Positions 17,308 through 26,588 of a DNA stretch of 53,737 nucleotides are shown here, in pieces (position 1 is the stretch's first letter; every line of letters starts with the position of its first letter). Source of the DNA: a virus (Duplodnaviria; Caudoviricetes). Where the stretch lies: positions 1 through 53,737 of IMG/VR virus record IMGVR_UViG_3300002092_000056. One strand, given 5' to 3'. The position numbers and the translations under genes are program-made. The notes under the pieces were generated by a model. It had not been told where the DNA came from and made no database searches. It saw only the letters and a program-made list of their open reading frames with translations.

Positions 17308-17726
17308 AAAATTTAAATCTCGAAGACTTCTTGGCCCTGGCCTGGTCGCCTGGCGTTCGCGCCAAGCTTGCCGACCTGGTCAAGTCCAACCCCGACGTGC
17401 GCTACCTGGTGGCCTGGGACAACGCCGGCAAGCTGTCCGGCTCGGCTTTCTCGGCTCAGCCTGAAGTCTGGCCGGACCATGCCGTGGCCCTGTGGTCCAA
17501 GGACGTTAAGCCCAAGGCCGCCAAGGTGGCCAAGGCCAAGCCCGTGGCCGGCCCCTCGCGCACCATGCAGGCCGTGGCCCTGGTGGCTGACGGCATGTCC
17601 ACTTACGCCGCTGCCAAGCAGATCGGCGTCAACCAGTCCGCCGTCCACCGGGCCATCACCCGGCGCGTCGGCAAAGAGATCTGCAGCCACTGCGGCCAGG
17701 TCGTCAAAAGTCCAGCTGCCGGCTGA
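17304..17726 (+). CDS. HTH DNA-binding protein with C-terminal CxxC
   Basis: GMSTYAAAKQIGVNQSAVHRA HTH; CSHCGQ. Confidence 0.7.
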   Translation: MKNLNLEDFLALAWSPGVRAKLADLVKSNPDVRYLVAWDNAGKLSGSAFSAQPEVWPDHAVALWSKDVKPKAAKVAKAKPVAGPSRTMQAVALVADGMSTYAAAKQIGVNQSAVHRAITRRVGKEICSHCGQVVKSPAAG

Positions 17727-18165
17727 GCTTCTTCATCACTGCGGTGGCCATCTCTTGCTCATAGCGTTTGATGGTCTCCATCAGTGCCCTTTCCGCCTCA
17801 CCAAACAGCTCTTTGCGACCCGTCCCCCGGCAGTCGCTGCAGACCTCGTCATCCAAAACCGGTGTCCCAAAAATCGTGCCGTATCCACGGCCAAAGCATT
17901 TTGGGCAAACGTCGTTCACCATGTGCATCAGCACCCGGTGGACAAGTGGCACCGCGTAACCCAAATCCACCAACCCCTCCGCCACCTTGTACACCGACCT
18001 TTGGTCGCCGCTGTACCGCCACCTGAACACCGACAAGCCAAGCGGGTTCACCTGCGCTGCCATTCCCACCGCCCTGATGATGTCCACGTCTGCAAGCTCG
18101 TCCGCCGGCTTCTCGCCCAGGTTCTTGCTCGTCTGCGCTCTGCTGATGCTTTCTCTGCTGGTCAT
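17704..18165 (-). CDS. Late antiterminator, lambda Q-like
   Basis: CPKCFGRG...CSDCRGTG zinc finger in a ~150-aa helical protein ending the replication operon. Confidence 0.65.
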   Translation of the reverse strand: MTSRESISRAQTSKNLGEKPADELADVDIIRAVGMAAQVNPLGLSVFRWRYSGDQRSVYKVAEGLVDLGYAVPLVHRVLMHMVNDVCPKCFGRGYGTIFGTPVLDDEVCSDCRGTGRKELFGEAERALMETIKRYEQEMATAVMKKLSRQLDF

Positions 18166-19523
18166 GATTTGCCTTCTAAGTGCTGGTAAAAAATCTCTTG
18201 CTCGGCTTCCTTCTCTGCAAGGCGCCTGACAATTCTTTCGTCTGCGATGCCGTTCTCGGCAATGATCCGGTAGATGCTCACCGTCTCATCCTGACCGCTC
18301 CTGACAATCCGTTTGTTGCACTGGTCGTACATCTCAAAGCTGTCCGGCAGGCAGAACCACGCCACTGTGCTGAAGTGCTTTTGCAGGCCATCGATCCCGT
18401 GCCCAGCGCTGGCCGGGTGCAGCAGCGCCATGTCGACCTTGCCCGCCTTGGCCGCCGCCAGCCCCTGCTCGGTGGTGATGTCCACCGCGTGCGGGAACCT
18501 GGCCACCAGGCGTTCGTAGTCGTGGCTGTACCAGTACGCCACGATCATGGGCCCGTCCACCTCTTCGGCGATCTGCTCCAGCTCGTCCAGCTTTTCGTTG
18601 TGCAGATGTTTGACTTGGCCGCTGTCGGTGAAAGTCGCGCCCTGGCACATCTGGTGAAGCTTGCCGGCCACCGTGCCCTGGCTGGCCGCCGTAATTTCAA
18701 ATTCAGCCTCGCCAAGGATTTGGTTTCGCATCAAATCCTGGCACATCGTCTCGACCCTGCCCGGCATGCGCACCCTGCGGTCGATCGTCACGCTCTTAAG
18801 ACCCAGGTCAGGTGAGACCGCAAAGTACAAATCGCTGATCTTGCTGTAAAGGGCCTTTTCCAAACCATCCCTCAGCTTCCAGCTGTACACCTGTCCGGTG
18901 TGCCGATTTTGCTTAAATGGCTCAAGGTATTCGATCCTGAACCCGGTCACGGTCTTACCCAGGCGCGCGCCCTGGTCCAGCAAAAACACCGGTGCAAACA
19001 GCTCATGCGCTGTGCCCGGCCTGGGTGACCCGCTCATCAAGATGATCCGTGCATTGGTCTTTGAGCTGATCGCGTTCATGGCCTTCCAGCCCACGCTGCC
19101 CTGGCGCCCACCCTTTCGCAGGCGGCTTGCCTCGTCGAACACCACCAGATCAAACGGCCAGCTGGCCAGCTTGAACTGCTTGACCAGCTCGGGGAAGAAC
19201 TCAAAACTGCACCCCAGGACGTCATAAAATGAGCTCAGGGCAACCTTTCGGTCATCCTGGGTACCCAGGTACAGGCTAAACCTCAAACGCGCCCCGAAGG
19301 CCCATTTCCTCGCCTCCTGCGCCCACTGCGGCACCACCCTCTTGGGCCCCACCACCAAAACCTTGCTGACCTCAAACCGGTCAAACATCAAAGCGTCGAT
19401 CACGGCCAGCGCGCATGCCGTCTTTCCGGCGCCCGGCTTGGCTGCCAAGTACGTTCTGCGGTTGGCCAGGCTGAACGCCACGGCTTCGTGCTGGTACTGG
19501 CGAAAATCTTTTGATGTGTTCAT
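18162..19523 (-). CDS. SNF2-like SF2 helicase
   Basis: PGAGKT, VVFDEAS, MSGSP, SAGHGIDGLQ, Q...RIVRSGQ. Confidence 0.9.
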   Translation of the reverse strand: MNTSKDFRQYQHEAVAFSLANRRTYLAAKPGAGKTACALAVIDALMFDRFEVSKVLVVGPKRVVPQWAQEARKWAFGARLRFSLYLGTQDDRKVALSSFYDVLGCSFEFFPELVKQFKLASWPFDLVVFDEASRLRKGGRQGSVGWKAMNAISSKTNARIILMSGSPRPGTAHELFAPVFLLDQGARLGKTVTGFRIEYLEPFKQNRHTGQVYSWKLRDGLEKALYSKISDLYFAVSPDLGLKSVTIDRRVRMPGRVETMCQDLMRNQILGEAEFEITAASQGTVAGKLHQMCQGATFTDSGQVKHLHNEKLDELEQIAEEVDGPMIVAYWYSHDYERLVARFPHAVDITTEQGLAAAKAGKVDMALLHPASAGHGIDGLQKHFSTVAWFCLPDSFEMYDQCNKRIVRSGQDETVSIYRIIAENGIADERIVRRLAEKEAEQEIFYQHLEGKS

Positions 19524-19786
19524 TGGAATAAAGCGTCCACGCCTTCGGTCGAATCGATCACGCGCACATCAGCCCCCAGGTCGGTCAGCATTTTGTGGAT
19601 CCGCTCTTGCAGCGGGGTCGGACTTTTGCCCGGCGCCTTCAGCTCCACAAAAATAATTCGGCCCCCCGGCAAGAACACAATCCGATCCGGCACTCCAGCA
19701 AAAGCAGGCGACACCCACTTCATGGCCAGGCCGCCGGCGTCTTTGGCTCGGTTCACCAGGCGTTGTTCAATCGTCTTTTCCAGCAT
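19520..19786 (-). CDS. VRR-NUC nuclease
   Basis: E..IE, GVPDR, FVELKAPG, PTPLQ. Confidence 0.92.
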   Translation of the reverse strand: MLEKTIEQRLVNRAKDAGGLAMKWVSPAFAGVPDRIVFLPGGRIIFVELKAPGKSPTPLQERIHKMLTDLGADVRVIDSTEGVDALFQ

Positions 19787-19794
19787 GTTCGCTC

Positions 19795-20008
19795 CTACAG
19801 GGTAAAGGGCAGTTAAGGGTAATGGATTTGACAGCCTTTAAATATAGGACATATACTGTACCTTTATACAGCATATACTCCTACTATAACCTACAACTTA
19901 TTCTATTACCCTTATTACCCTATTGATGTTTTTGTTAATGAAATCAAGGACTTAGGACAGGGCAGTAATACTAGGGTAGTAGTACTTGCCCTAATGCCCT
20001 TTACCCTA
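19795..20008. other. Probable replication origin
   Basis: AT-rich non-coding gap after the primase with multiple AGGG(T/C)A repeats in both orientations. Confidence 0.6.
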
Positions 20009-22313
20009 GAAAATCCGACTCTGAAGACGGAACCGCGAAAAGCACTTTCCCGTTTGACTTCTTGCGCTTGCCGCCGTTCAGCTTTTTCAAAGCCTTGCCG
20101 GCCGCGATCGTCTGAAATTTGTTCGGTTCGCGTGTTCCCAAGCGCACCAAAACCTCGGTTGCGGTAATCCATTCCACCAAATCCGTGTCCACATGCCAGT
20201 TGAAACCGCCCGCAATCCGCTCCTCCACCGGGTCCATTACGGTGAAATCTTCGTTGTGCGCGTTCAGCTCCTTGGCCTCGTCCTGATCCAGCGACCAGCG
20301 CTCCCCCTCCTGATACAGCACCAAGGCTTCGGCCCAGACCTGCTGCATGTCGATGCCGTGATCCAAGTCAAAACCCGACACCGAGATCGACCAGTAACGC
20401 CTGTTGCCGGTCGGATCGTTCAAGTATTGATCGTCGTTGACCGTCGCGCCGAAGACCGTGCGGCGGCCAAAAGAGGACTCGGTTGCGGCGTATGGCCTGC
20501 GCATCTTGTCCATGTTTTGCGTGATGAACGACTTCAGAGCCGAGATCTCGGACTTTGAAAAGGTGGCGTCCAGCTCACCCAGCTCGACAATCCAGTAGGA
20601 CAGGGCGATGAAAATCGAGTCCTTGGACCTCATGTCCAGGGTGTGCCCGGTCAATACGGCGTCCAGTTCGACCGGCGCCAAGCGCTGGAACCAGGTTGTC
20701 TTGCCCACGTTTTGCGGACCCACAAACGTCAGCACGCCCTGGTTTGCGATGCCGTCGTATGAGAACGCCGCGCCCACGGCCTGGATCAGCCACTTGCGCA
20801 TGAGCTTTTTCTTCATGCCGTCGCTCGCCGCGTCTGCGCACCGCACAGTGGCGTAGAACGCGTCCAGCCTGGACACGCCGTCCCACGGGACAGACTCGAT
20901 CCAAGTTGCCACCGGGTTGTACAGGTTCTCGTCTGCAAGAGAGATCATGAACTGCTTTGCATGGCGCGGCGACATGCGCGCGCTCTCGCACTCTGACGTG
21001 ATCCTGGCAATGGCCACGTTGTCTCGGTTGTCGCGCGAAGACGACGAATCAGGTATCAAGACCTCAATCGATTTTTTGATCACGTTGTACCGGATCACGT
21101 ACTCAAGCTGAGACAGCAGGGCGCGCAAGTTGGCCAGCGTCGGCAGCGGGTGGCCGTCGTCGTCGAACTCAACAAAGCCACTGGCCACCACCGCATTGAC
21201 CCGGCGCACCCAGCGGCGCACAGTGCCGATCGGCAGGCGCACACCCAGCTCACGCGAGCGCAGCTGGATGGCCGAGCACAGCTGCTCGCGCTCCACCTCG
21301 GACAGCGAGGCCTGGGCAATGTCGCGCGCGATGACCTCCTCCAGCCGATTGGGGTCGGTCTCGGCCAGCACGGCTGCCATGAACGCGGTCACGACGACGG
21401 CGCGCTCGGTGCGCACGGCGCCCAGGCGCGCGTCGCGTGTCTGCTTGAGCAGGGAGGCCAGGGTCAGGGCGCCGCGCCCGACGGCCCTTTGTTCGCTGAA
21501 CGACGCCCACTTGTTGGCGCAGTAGCCCTCGACCCACTTGCCCGACGCGGCCGACCAGTTGTCCCAGGCATCCAGCCATTCCAGATCGCCTTCGCCCTGG
21601 TGATGCAGGGCGGCGCCCACGCGCAGCCAGTCCTCATACCCGCCGTCCGGGTCCAGGTGTGGGAGAACTTCAGTCATCACACGATCTAATTCCCAGTCTT
21701 CAAGCGGGGGCTTGTAGTTGGCCAGGTCGCCGCCGCCGCCGCTGCCAACAGACAGGCTTTCGTGCCAAATTTTCTCAATGAACCAGCCAAGGTCTTGCAC
21801 CACGCTGCCCACGCTGGCGTGATCCCTGTCCGTAACATGTCCTGTCACTGTAAAGTAGCGCCCGTCACGGTACAGCTCAACACCGACTTCTTTTTTGGTG
21901 CGCGAGCCGTCCAGGTTGGTCCGGGTAAACATCTTCAGACCGGTGCCGGAGGGCGAGATCTCGGCGTAGCCGCCGATGCGGTCGAGCACCTCTTGGGCCA
22001 GATCGGTGAGAGTGCCGTCAGGTGCGCGGCAGTCGTCCAGGTCGATGCCGTGCAGGCCCTCGCCCAGCACCAGGCCTATGCCGTCGTAGCCTCCGGTAAT
22101 CAGGGTGTCTGCTGCGTCGTCGAACGTGGTCCAGGTGGCAGAGTTGGTCGATGACGCGGCAGCGCCGTGCACGGTCATGGGCATCTTGGTCCAGACTTTT
22201 GAGCCATCGGGCTTGCTGCGCTGGACAGAGCGCCACATGACCCAGCGCGGCAGCTCTTGCATCTCGACGGGAATGTTTTCAAGCTGCACAGGCAGTACGT
22301 TTGGCCGGGTCAT
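20001..22313 (-). CDS. Primase-helicase (AEP primase, PriCT-2, VirE/VapE-type ATPase)
   Basis: GIDLDDC, EISPSGTG, Y.DWLRVGAALH...W..WS, GPQNVGKT, ELGEL, D.TGNRRY. Confidence 0.92.
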   Translation of the reverse strand: MTRPNVLPVQLENIPVEMQELPRWVMWRSVQRSKPDGSKVWTKMPMTVHGAAASSTNSATWTTFDDAADTLITGGYDGIGLVLGEGLHGIDLDDCRAPDGTLTDLAQEVLDRIGGYAEISPSGTGLKMFTRTNLDGSRTKKEVGVELYRDGRYFTVTGHVTDRDHASVGSVVQDLGWFIEKIWHESLSVGSGGGGDLANYKPPLEDWELDRVMTEVLPHLDPDGGYEDWLRVGAALHHQGEGDLEWLDAWDNWSAASGKWVEGYCANKWASFSEQRAVGRGALTLASLLKQTRDARLGAVRTERAVVVTAFMAAVLAETDPNRLEEVIARDIAQASLSEVEREQLCSAIQLRSRELGVRLPIGTVRRWVRRVNAVVASGFVEFDDDGHPLPTLANLRALLSQLEYVIRYNVIKKSIEVLIPDSSSSRDNRDNVAIARITSECESARMSPRHAKQFMISLADENLYNPVATWIESVPWDGVSRLDAFYATVRCADAASDGMKKKLMRKWLIQAVGAAFSYDGIANQGVLTFVGPQNVGKTTWFQRLAPVELDAVLTGHTLDMRSKDSIFIALSYWIVELGELDATFSKSEISALKSFITQNMDKMRRPYAATESSFGRRTVFGATVNDDQYLNDPTGNRRYWSISVSGFDLDHGIDMQQVWAEALVLYQEGERWSLDQDEAKELNAHNEDFTVMDPVEERIAGGFNWHVDTDLVEWITATEVLVRLGTREPNKFQTIAAGKALKKLNGGKRKKSNGKVLFAVPSSESDFLG

Positions 22314-22630
22314 TTGTTCAGCTCCTTGAGTTCAGCCTCAAATGATCTTGCCAACGCCAAGATGTCTGCCCAGTCATCCCCGTGGTCTTTGCCCTTCAGC
22401 CAAATTTCTTTGATTTTTTCCTCTGTCAAACCCACCCACCCACGCTGCTTGCGCTCCCTCAAGCTGGCATCAAGCCACTGCTCAAGGCGATCGATGTCAA
22501 GCATCCCGGTTTGCTTTGGCAGCGTCAGCAGCTTGGCACGCTGCGCTTTGCGCTCCTCATAGCGCTGCTCATCAAGCTCCATGCGGTCATAGAAGTCGTA
22601 GCCGCCGTAGTCGTCTGAAAAGTCACCCAT
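22310..22630 (-). CDS. Hypothetical protein (modular small-ORF cluster)
   Basis: WVGLTEEKI...ARSFEA.LKELN. Confidence 0.6.
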   Translation of the reverse strand: MGDFSDDYGGYDFYDRMELDEQRYEERKAQRAKLLTLPKQTGMLDIDRLEQWLDASLRERKQRGWVGLTEEKIKEIWLKGKDHGDDWADILALARSFEAELKELNK

Positions 22631-22805
22631 GCTGCTGCTCCTTGTTGAAGGCGTCGTTAAAAACCTTTGCGGCAATCTCATCGAACCTATCGTTCCAATA
22701 CTTTTTTTGAACGGCTTCCTCTTCTTCGCTTATCGGGACCCAGTTGTCGTGAGCGTCCCGCTTATGCCACCATGGATTGCCGTCTTTTTGTCCTAGCATC
22801 CACAT
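22623..22805 (-). CDS. Hypothetical protein
   Basis: AAGGAG RBS, overlaps neighbours. Confidence 0.55.
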   Translation of the reverse strand: MWMLGQKDGNPWWHKRDAHDNWVPISEEEEAVQKKYWNDRFDEIAAKVFNDAFNKEQQHG

Positions 22806-23098
22806 GTGTTCTCCTTTATGCCGTGGGCGGCTTCAATGGCTCGGGCAAAGTCGTGGTGGTCTGGTGGGTTACCTTCTTCGTCGTACAAGAATTGCCAGTT
22901 GCGCTCAATCTCCTCATCCGTCAGCGGCTTGCGCTGTGGTGGGGTGATGTAAAGCCTTCTGACTTCGTAATGCCAGTCATGCAAATATGGAGTTTTTTCA
23001 TACGCTTGTGCCGATTCTTTGCTACATGTATTCCATCCGTTCCATTCAGGAATCCAATCTGGTCGAGTCCTGTACTGATATTCAACTGGTTCGCTCAT
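22793..23098 (-). CDS. Hypothetical protein (modular)
   Basis: EPV..QYR...LYITPPQRKPLTDEEI...FARAIEAAHGI. Confidence 0.65.
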   Translation of the reverse strand: MSEPVEYQYRTRPDWIPEWNGWNTCSKESAQAYEKTPYLHDWHYEVRRLYITPPQRKPLTDEEIERNWQFLYDEEGNPPDHHDFARAIEAAHGIKENTCGC

Positions 23099-23099
23099 A

Positions 23100-23237
23100 T
23101 TAATACCCCCACCGAATACGGAAACAGATTAAGTACAAATGCAGTACAAATTCGTTTCCAGCGGCAATAAACCCAATGGCAAAGCACGGCCATTTTCTAG
23201 GCAAAAATTCTGTTGTTAAATGAAGGCTTTTTCTCAT
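23100..23237 (-). CDS. 45-aa hypothetical protein
   Basis: TAATG coupling; MRKSLHLTTEFLPRKWPCFAIGF... Confidence 0.5.
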   Translation of the reverse strand: MRKSLHLTTEFLPRKWPCFAIGFIAAGNEFVLHLYLICFRIRWGY

Positions 23238-23461
23238 TATTCTTCCCCCGTCAAGTTTCTAATCTCATCTTGTAGGTCAACGATGCGCTCGGCACTGCGA
23301 ACAAGTATCATGTCTTGAGATTCAACCATTGCTTTTAACCGCTTAATTTCAAAGTTTGCTTCACGCAGTTCGTCAAGTGTGAGACAGTGCAAATCCACGG
23401 CCTTTTGATATTCTTCTTTCCAATCAGGCTGATAATCCAAGCCAATTTCGTTCTCGTTCAT
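23237..23461 (-). CDS. Coiled-coil hypothetical protein
   Basis: 74 aa, coupled to neighbours. Confidence 0.6.
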   Translation of the reverse strand: MNENEIGLDYQPDWKEEYQKAVDLHCLTLDELREANFEIKRLKAMVESQDMILVRSAERIVDLQDEIRNLTGEE

Positions 23462-23643
23462 TTCTTTTCCTTTATATAAAAAGCAACGCCTTTATTGTTT
23501 TGTCGGTTTTCAACCCATGCATCAAGGCGAATGTCGTATTGAAAATACCCAAACAATTTCATTTCTTTCTTTAGTGTTGAACATGGTTCATCGCACAATG
23601 ATTGACAAGGCTCGTTTCCAACTGGGCAGTAATCTGGCCTCAT
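23458..23643 (-). CDS. Cys-rich hypothetical protein
   Basis: YCPVGNEPCQSLCDEPC. Confidence 0.55.
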   Translation of the reverse strand: MRPDYCPVGNEPCQSLCDEPCSTLKKEMKLFGYFQYDIRLDAWVENRQNNKGVAFYIKEKK

Positions 23644-24095
23644 GCGTCTCTCCCTGTTTGGTCAAGCATCACAGTTCGAGCCAATGCCTCACAAGTAGGA
23701 CATGGTGGTGGGGTGGTGTAGAGGGGGCGAATCCAATACGCATAGGAAGACCCAGAAAGTTTTTCCCGAACACACCATTCATCTGCCGCATCTTTTGTTG
23801 AAAACTCTTTCATGGCGCAGTCTTCAACCATTACCTGCCACGCCACAGGCTCCTGCTCTGGCTGTGCCTTGCATTTATCACACTGGCAAACAACATGGCG
23901 TGGGCCTTCTACTTTCATTGATTGCATTGCATTGTATGAATCCATCAAAATATTGCCTGTAGTTATCTCTGGCTCTGCCAATGCTTCTTTGATGGCGGTG
24001 ACAGCAGGGTCAAGATAAACACAGCCATGTTCATGATGTGTTAAATGCAATTCCAGCGCCTCCAGCGCCTGCTTAAGTGCTTCGTCTTTAGTCAT
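23640..24095 (-). CDS. Hypothetical protein (modular)
   Basis: MTKDEALKQALEALE...QPEQEPVAW...PLYTTPP. Confidence 0.65.
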   Translation of the reverse strand: MTKDEALKQALEALELHLTHHEHGCVYLDPAVTAIKEALAEPEITTGNILMDSYNAMQSMKVEGPRHVVCQCDKCKAQPEQEPVAWQVMVEDCAMKEFSTKDAADEWCVREKLSGSSYAYWIRPLYTTPPPCPTCEALARTVMLDQTGRDA

Positions 24096-24454
24096 TGGTA
24101 GTCCTTACAGAAATGGTGTTTAGCATCTTCACGATCTGTCCATGTACCTGTGCAACCTGTACATTTAAATTTCCCTGCGGTAATTGAAAACTTACCCGTC
24201 AACCTCGGCTCGGGTAACTCAAATTGCTCGGCATAAATTCTGTCACGCTCATCAGCACGCACCAGCGCGGCAAAGGCTTCAAGACCATCTTTGAACATTG
24301 GCTTTCCAGCAAGCCCTGCTTCACGCGCCATCTCCATGATGGTTTTGTTGTAGTCCAGCCCAAGTTCACGCGCATTTTCAGCCTTCTTGTCAAGGGCAAT
24401 CTGCCGCTTGCGCCAGCCGGGGTCTGTTTGATTTATGTTGTGGTCGCCGCTCAT
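24092..24454 (-). CDS. Hypothetical protein (modular)
   Basis: ALDKKAENARELGLDY, MAREAG, LEAFAALVRADER. Confidence 0.65.
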   Translation of the reverse strand: MSGDHNINQTDPGWRKRQIALDKKAENARELGLDYNKTIMEMAREAGLAGKPMFKDGLEAFAALVRADERDRIYAEQFELPEPRLTGKFSITAGKFKCTGCTGTWTDREDAKHHFCKDYQ

Positions 24455-24627
24455 AGGTGCTCCTTAGTAAGCGCCTGGATCAGCGCCTTGCGCAAGCCAT
24501 TCAAGCTGTCCGACAGGACCAGGGCAGCGACGATAGCGGGTTGATGTTCTTCGGGTACCTTGGTTGCATTGGCTGCGTCAAAGCAGTCGTTCAGCAAGTC
24601 GTCGAAATAGAGTTTTCGGGCGTTCAT
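24451..24627 (-). CDS. 58-aa hypothetical protein
   Basis: AAGGAG RBS; MNARKLYFDDLLNDCF... Confidence 0.6.
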   Translation of the reverse strand: MNARKLYFDDLLNDCFDAANATKVPEEHQPAIVAALVLSDSLNGLRKALIQALTKEHL

Positions 24628-24669
24628 ATAGCTCCTTCAAAAATACCGGCATCCGGCCGGCTCGGTTTT

Positions 24670-24864
24670 TCAATTTGGTAAAGTGCCCACGGGCAGCATG
24701 TGCAAAAGCGCACGTTCCACCTGTGTCTTAAAAGCCACAACGGCCAAGTCATCACACCTCATGATGATCCGAATGCCGTCTTCGTCAATGTCAAATGCAA
24801 TCTCGTTTCCCTCCGCCATCTCACGCACGGCGTCCATGGACAGAGCAAGCCTGAGCTCGATCAT
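24670..24864 (-). CDS. Hypothetical protein
   Basis: ATGA overlap with the Cro-like gene. Confidence 0.55.
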   Translation of the reverse strand: MIELRLALSMDAVREMAEGNEIAFDIDEDGIRIIMRCDDLAVVAFKTQVERALLHMLPVGTLPN

Positions 24865-25088
24865 GTTGCGCAAGCGCAACGCAGCGCCGCCCAGTCAATG
24901 TCCCGCCGCATCTGCTCTGCCCGCAGGGGCACGCCCAGCTCTGTGGCCAGGCGTTCGAGCTGAGGCACGCGCTCTGCAGGGATGCGATCCTTCGTGCCCC
25001 ACAGTGACACGGCTTGAGACCGGATACCAAGCCTGGCCGCTATTGCGGCCGGGCCCCCAAGGCGTTTGATGATGGTTGTTGCTTTCAT
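24861..25088 (-). CDS. Cro/YdaS-like HTH regulator
   Basis: LGGPAAIAARLGIRSQAVSLW...IPAER...R.DIDW. Confidence 0.85.
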   Translation of the reverse strand: MKATTIIKRLGGPAAIAARLGIRSQAVSLWGTKDRIPAERVPQLERLATELGVPLRAEQMRRDIDWAALRCACAT

Positions 25089-25089
25089 G

Positions 25090-25180
25090 TGTGGCATGAT
25101 AGCATCGCTTACCAAACAACAAAAGAAATTTATTTTTAAAAAATTGTTTGCAAGCGCTGCTTACGTGATGTAAGATCCAA
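25090..25180. promoter_or_regulatory. Divergent promoters with repeated operator-like sites
   Basis: Rightward TTGCAA-17-TAAGAT (25148-25176); leftward TGCTATCAT 7 nt from the Cro ATG; AGC-N3-GCTTAC at 25101 and 25153. Confidence 0.65.
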
Positions 25181-25215
25181 ACCGCCACACCGGCGTTAAG
25201 TAAATAAGGACCACA

Positions 25216-25410
25216 ATGAACAAGCTATTTGATTTTTTCAAAGCGCCGACGCCCTTGGCGCTGGCAACCAAAGAGCTGGAAGAAGCTCAGCGCGAACTGC
25301 TTGCAGCGCAAAGCGCGGCAGACTATGCCCTGAACATGTGCGCGTACAACACCGACCGCATTGGCCGCTTGACAAAGTACCTGCGTGCCCAGGTGGAGGA
25401 CAAATCATGA
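25216..25410 (+). CDS. Hypothetical protein
   Basis: AAGGA RBS; helical 64 aa. Confidence 0.7.
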   Translation: MNKLFDFFKAPTPLALATKELEEAQRELLAAQSAADYALNMCAYNTDRIGRLTKYLRAQVEDKS

Positions 25411-25568
25411 ACCCTCAATTGCTTGAACAATTTAGCGACGATCAGTTGCTTGATGAGGCTTGCAAAAACTTAGGCAATGCTTTGATTGCCGAGTTGGCCA
25501 AACGCTTGGCCAAACAAATTGATCTTAACGATCCTTTGACTTGCCCCGAGTGCGGCATAGACCTTTAA
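25407..25568 (+). CDS. Hypothetical protein with CPECG
   Basis: GGAGG RBS, ATGA overlap. Confidence 0.6.
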   Translation: MNPQLLEQFSDDQLLDEACKNLGNALIAELAKRLAKQIDLNDPLTCPECGIDL

Positions 25569-25586
25569 CCACAACGAAAGACGGCA

Positions 25587-26012
25587 ATGATGCAAATCAC
25601 ATTCAACCCTACAAACCCAAGTCAAGCCGCGCTGATCGGCGAGATGATGGCCCGCTACCTGCAGATCGAAGCCGACATGGCCGACACTGTGCCAACCGAG
25701 CCGGCAGCCTCAGAGGTTACAGCTGCGCCCACCGTGGTCAAGCGCGTGCGCAAAGCCCCGGCGCCCGTTGAAGCTGAAGCCCCAAACGCTGTTGCGGTGG
25801 ATTCCGTACCGGAGACCACCGCTGTATCGACTGCCTCCTCGCCCGTTGCCGCGATCTCCATCGCTGACATTCGCGCAGTGCTGGCGCCCTTGAGCCAGGA
25901 TGGCAAAAGAGCCGAGGTCATAAAGCTGATGGGCGAATTTGGCGTTACCAAACTGACCGAGTTGCCGATTGAAAAATACGCGGACATGTTGGCCGCTGCA
26001 AAGGAGCTGTGA
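25587..26012 (+). CDS. Hypothetical protein of the APSE-like replication module
   Basis: Ala/Pro linker plus C-terminal ..FGVTKLTELP.EKY domain upstream of DUF2800. Confidence 0.7.
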   Translation: MMQITFNPTNPSQAALIGEMMARYLQIEADMADTVPTEPAASEVTAAPTVVKRVRKAPAPVEAEAPNAVAVDSVPETTAVSTASSPVAAISIADIRAVLAPLSQDGKRAEVIKLMGEFGVTKLTELPIEKYADMLAAAKEL

Positions 26013-26362
26013 TGCAAGAACGCTACTACGAACGCGACGAAATGGCCAAGCGCGAAGCCTATGCGCAAGAGTCTTTGATAATGCAAGGAACGCGTTTGGG
26101 CGCCAACGTTGCTGGCCGTGAAGTGCCTATGGCCGAGGTTATGAACCGATTAACTCAAACCATTAGCGCCATGGACGACGCAATCGTTGAGCTGGATCAG
26201 CGCACGCAAAGCATTCGTCAAGTGCGCCCCGCGAACAACTCAAAAGACGCTCGCCCTGATCAGTGTTACAGCCCCTTGGTTGGGTCGCTCAATGAGCAGG
26301 TCAACCGACTCGAACGGTTGCACCTAAGCATCCGCATGATTACATCAGAATTGGAAATTTAA
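26009..26362 (+). CDS. Hypothetical coiled-coil protein
   Basis: AAGGAG RBS, overlap with previous gene. Confidence 0.65.
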   Translation: MMQERYYERDEMAKREAYAQESLIMQGTRLGANVAGREVPMAEVMNRLTQTISAMDDAIVELDQRTQSIRQVRPANNSKDARPDQCYSPLVGSLNEQVNRLERLHLSIRMITSELEI

Positions 26363-26363
26363 G

Positions 26364-26588
26364 ATGAAAACCACCATGACCATTGTCTTGATCGAAGAGG
26401 ACGGCAACCTGAGTACAACAGGCACCATTGATCCGCCCTTGGAAAACGATCAAATGATTTTCAACACTGCTCAAATCGTTGGCTTGTTTATGCGCGAGCA
26501 CATGGAGCACATTGTCAAGCTGGCGATTGACTGGGCACGCGAGGCCAAGGACGCACCCCAGATCATCTTGCCTGAGGCAATCAAGTGA
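26364..26588 (+). CDS. Hypothetical protein
   Basis: 74 aa, coupled to neighbours. Confidence 0.55.
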   Translation: MKTTMTIVLIEEDGNLSTTGTIDPPLENDQMIFNTAQIVGLFMREHMEHIVKLAIDWAREAKDAPQIILPEAIK

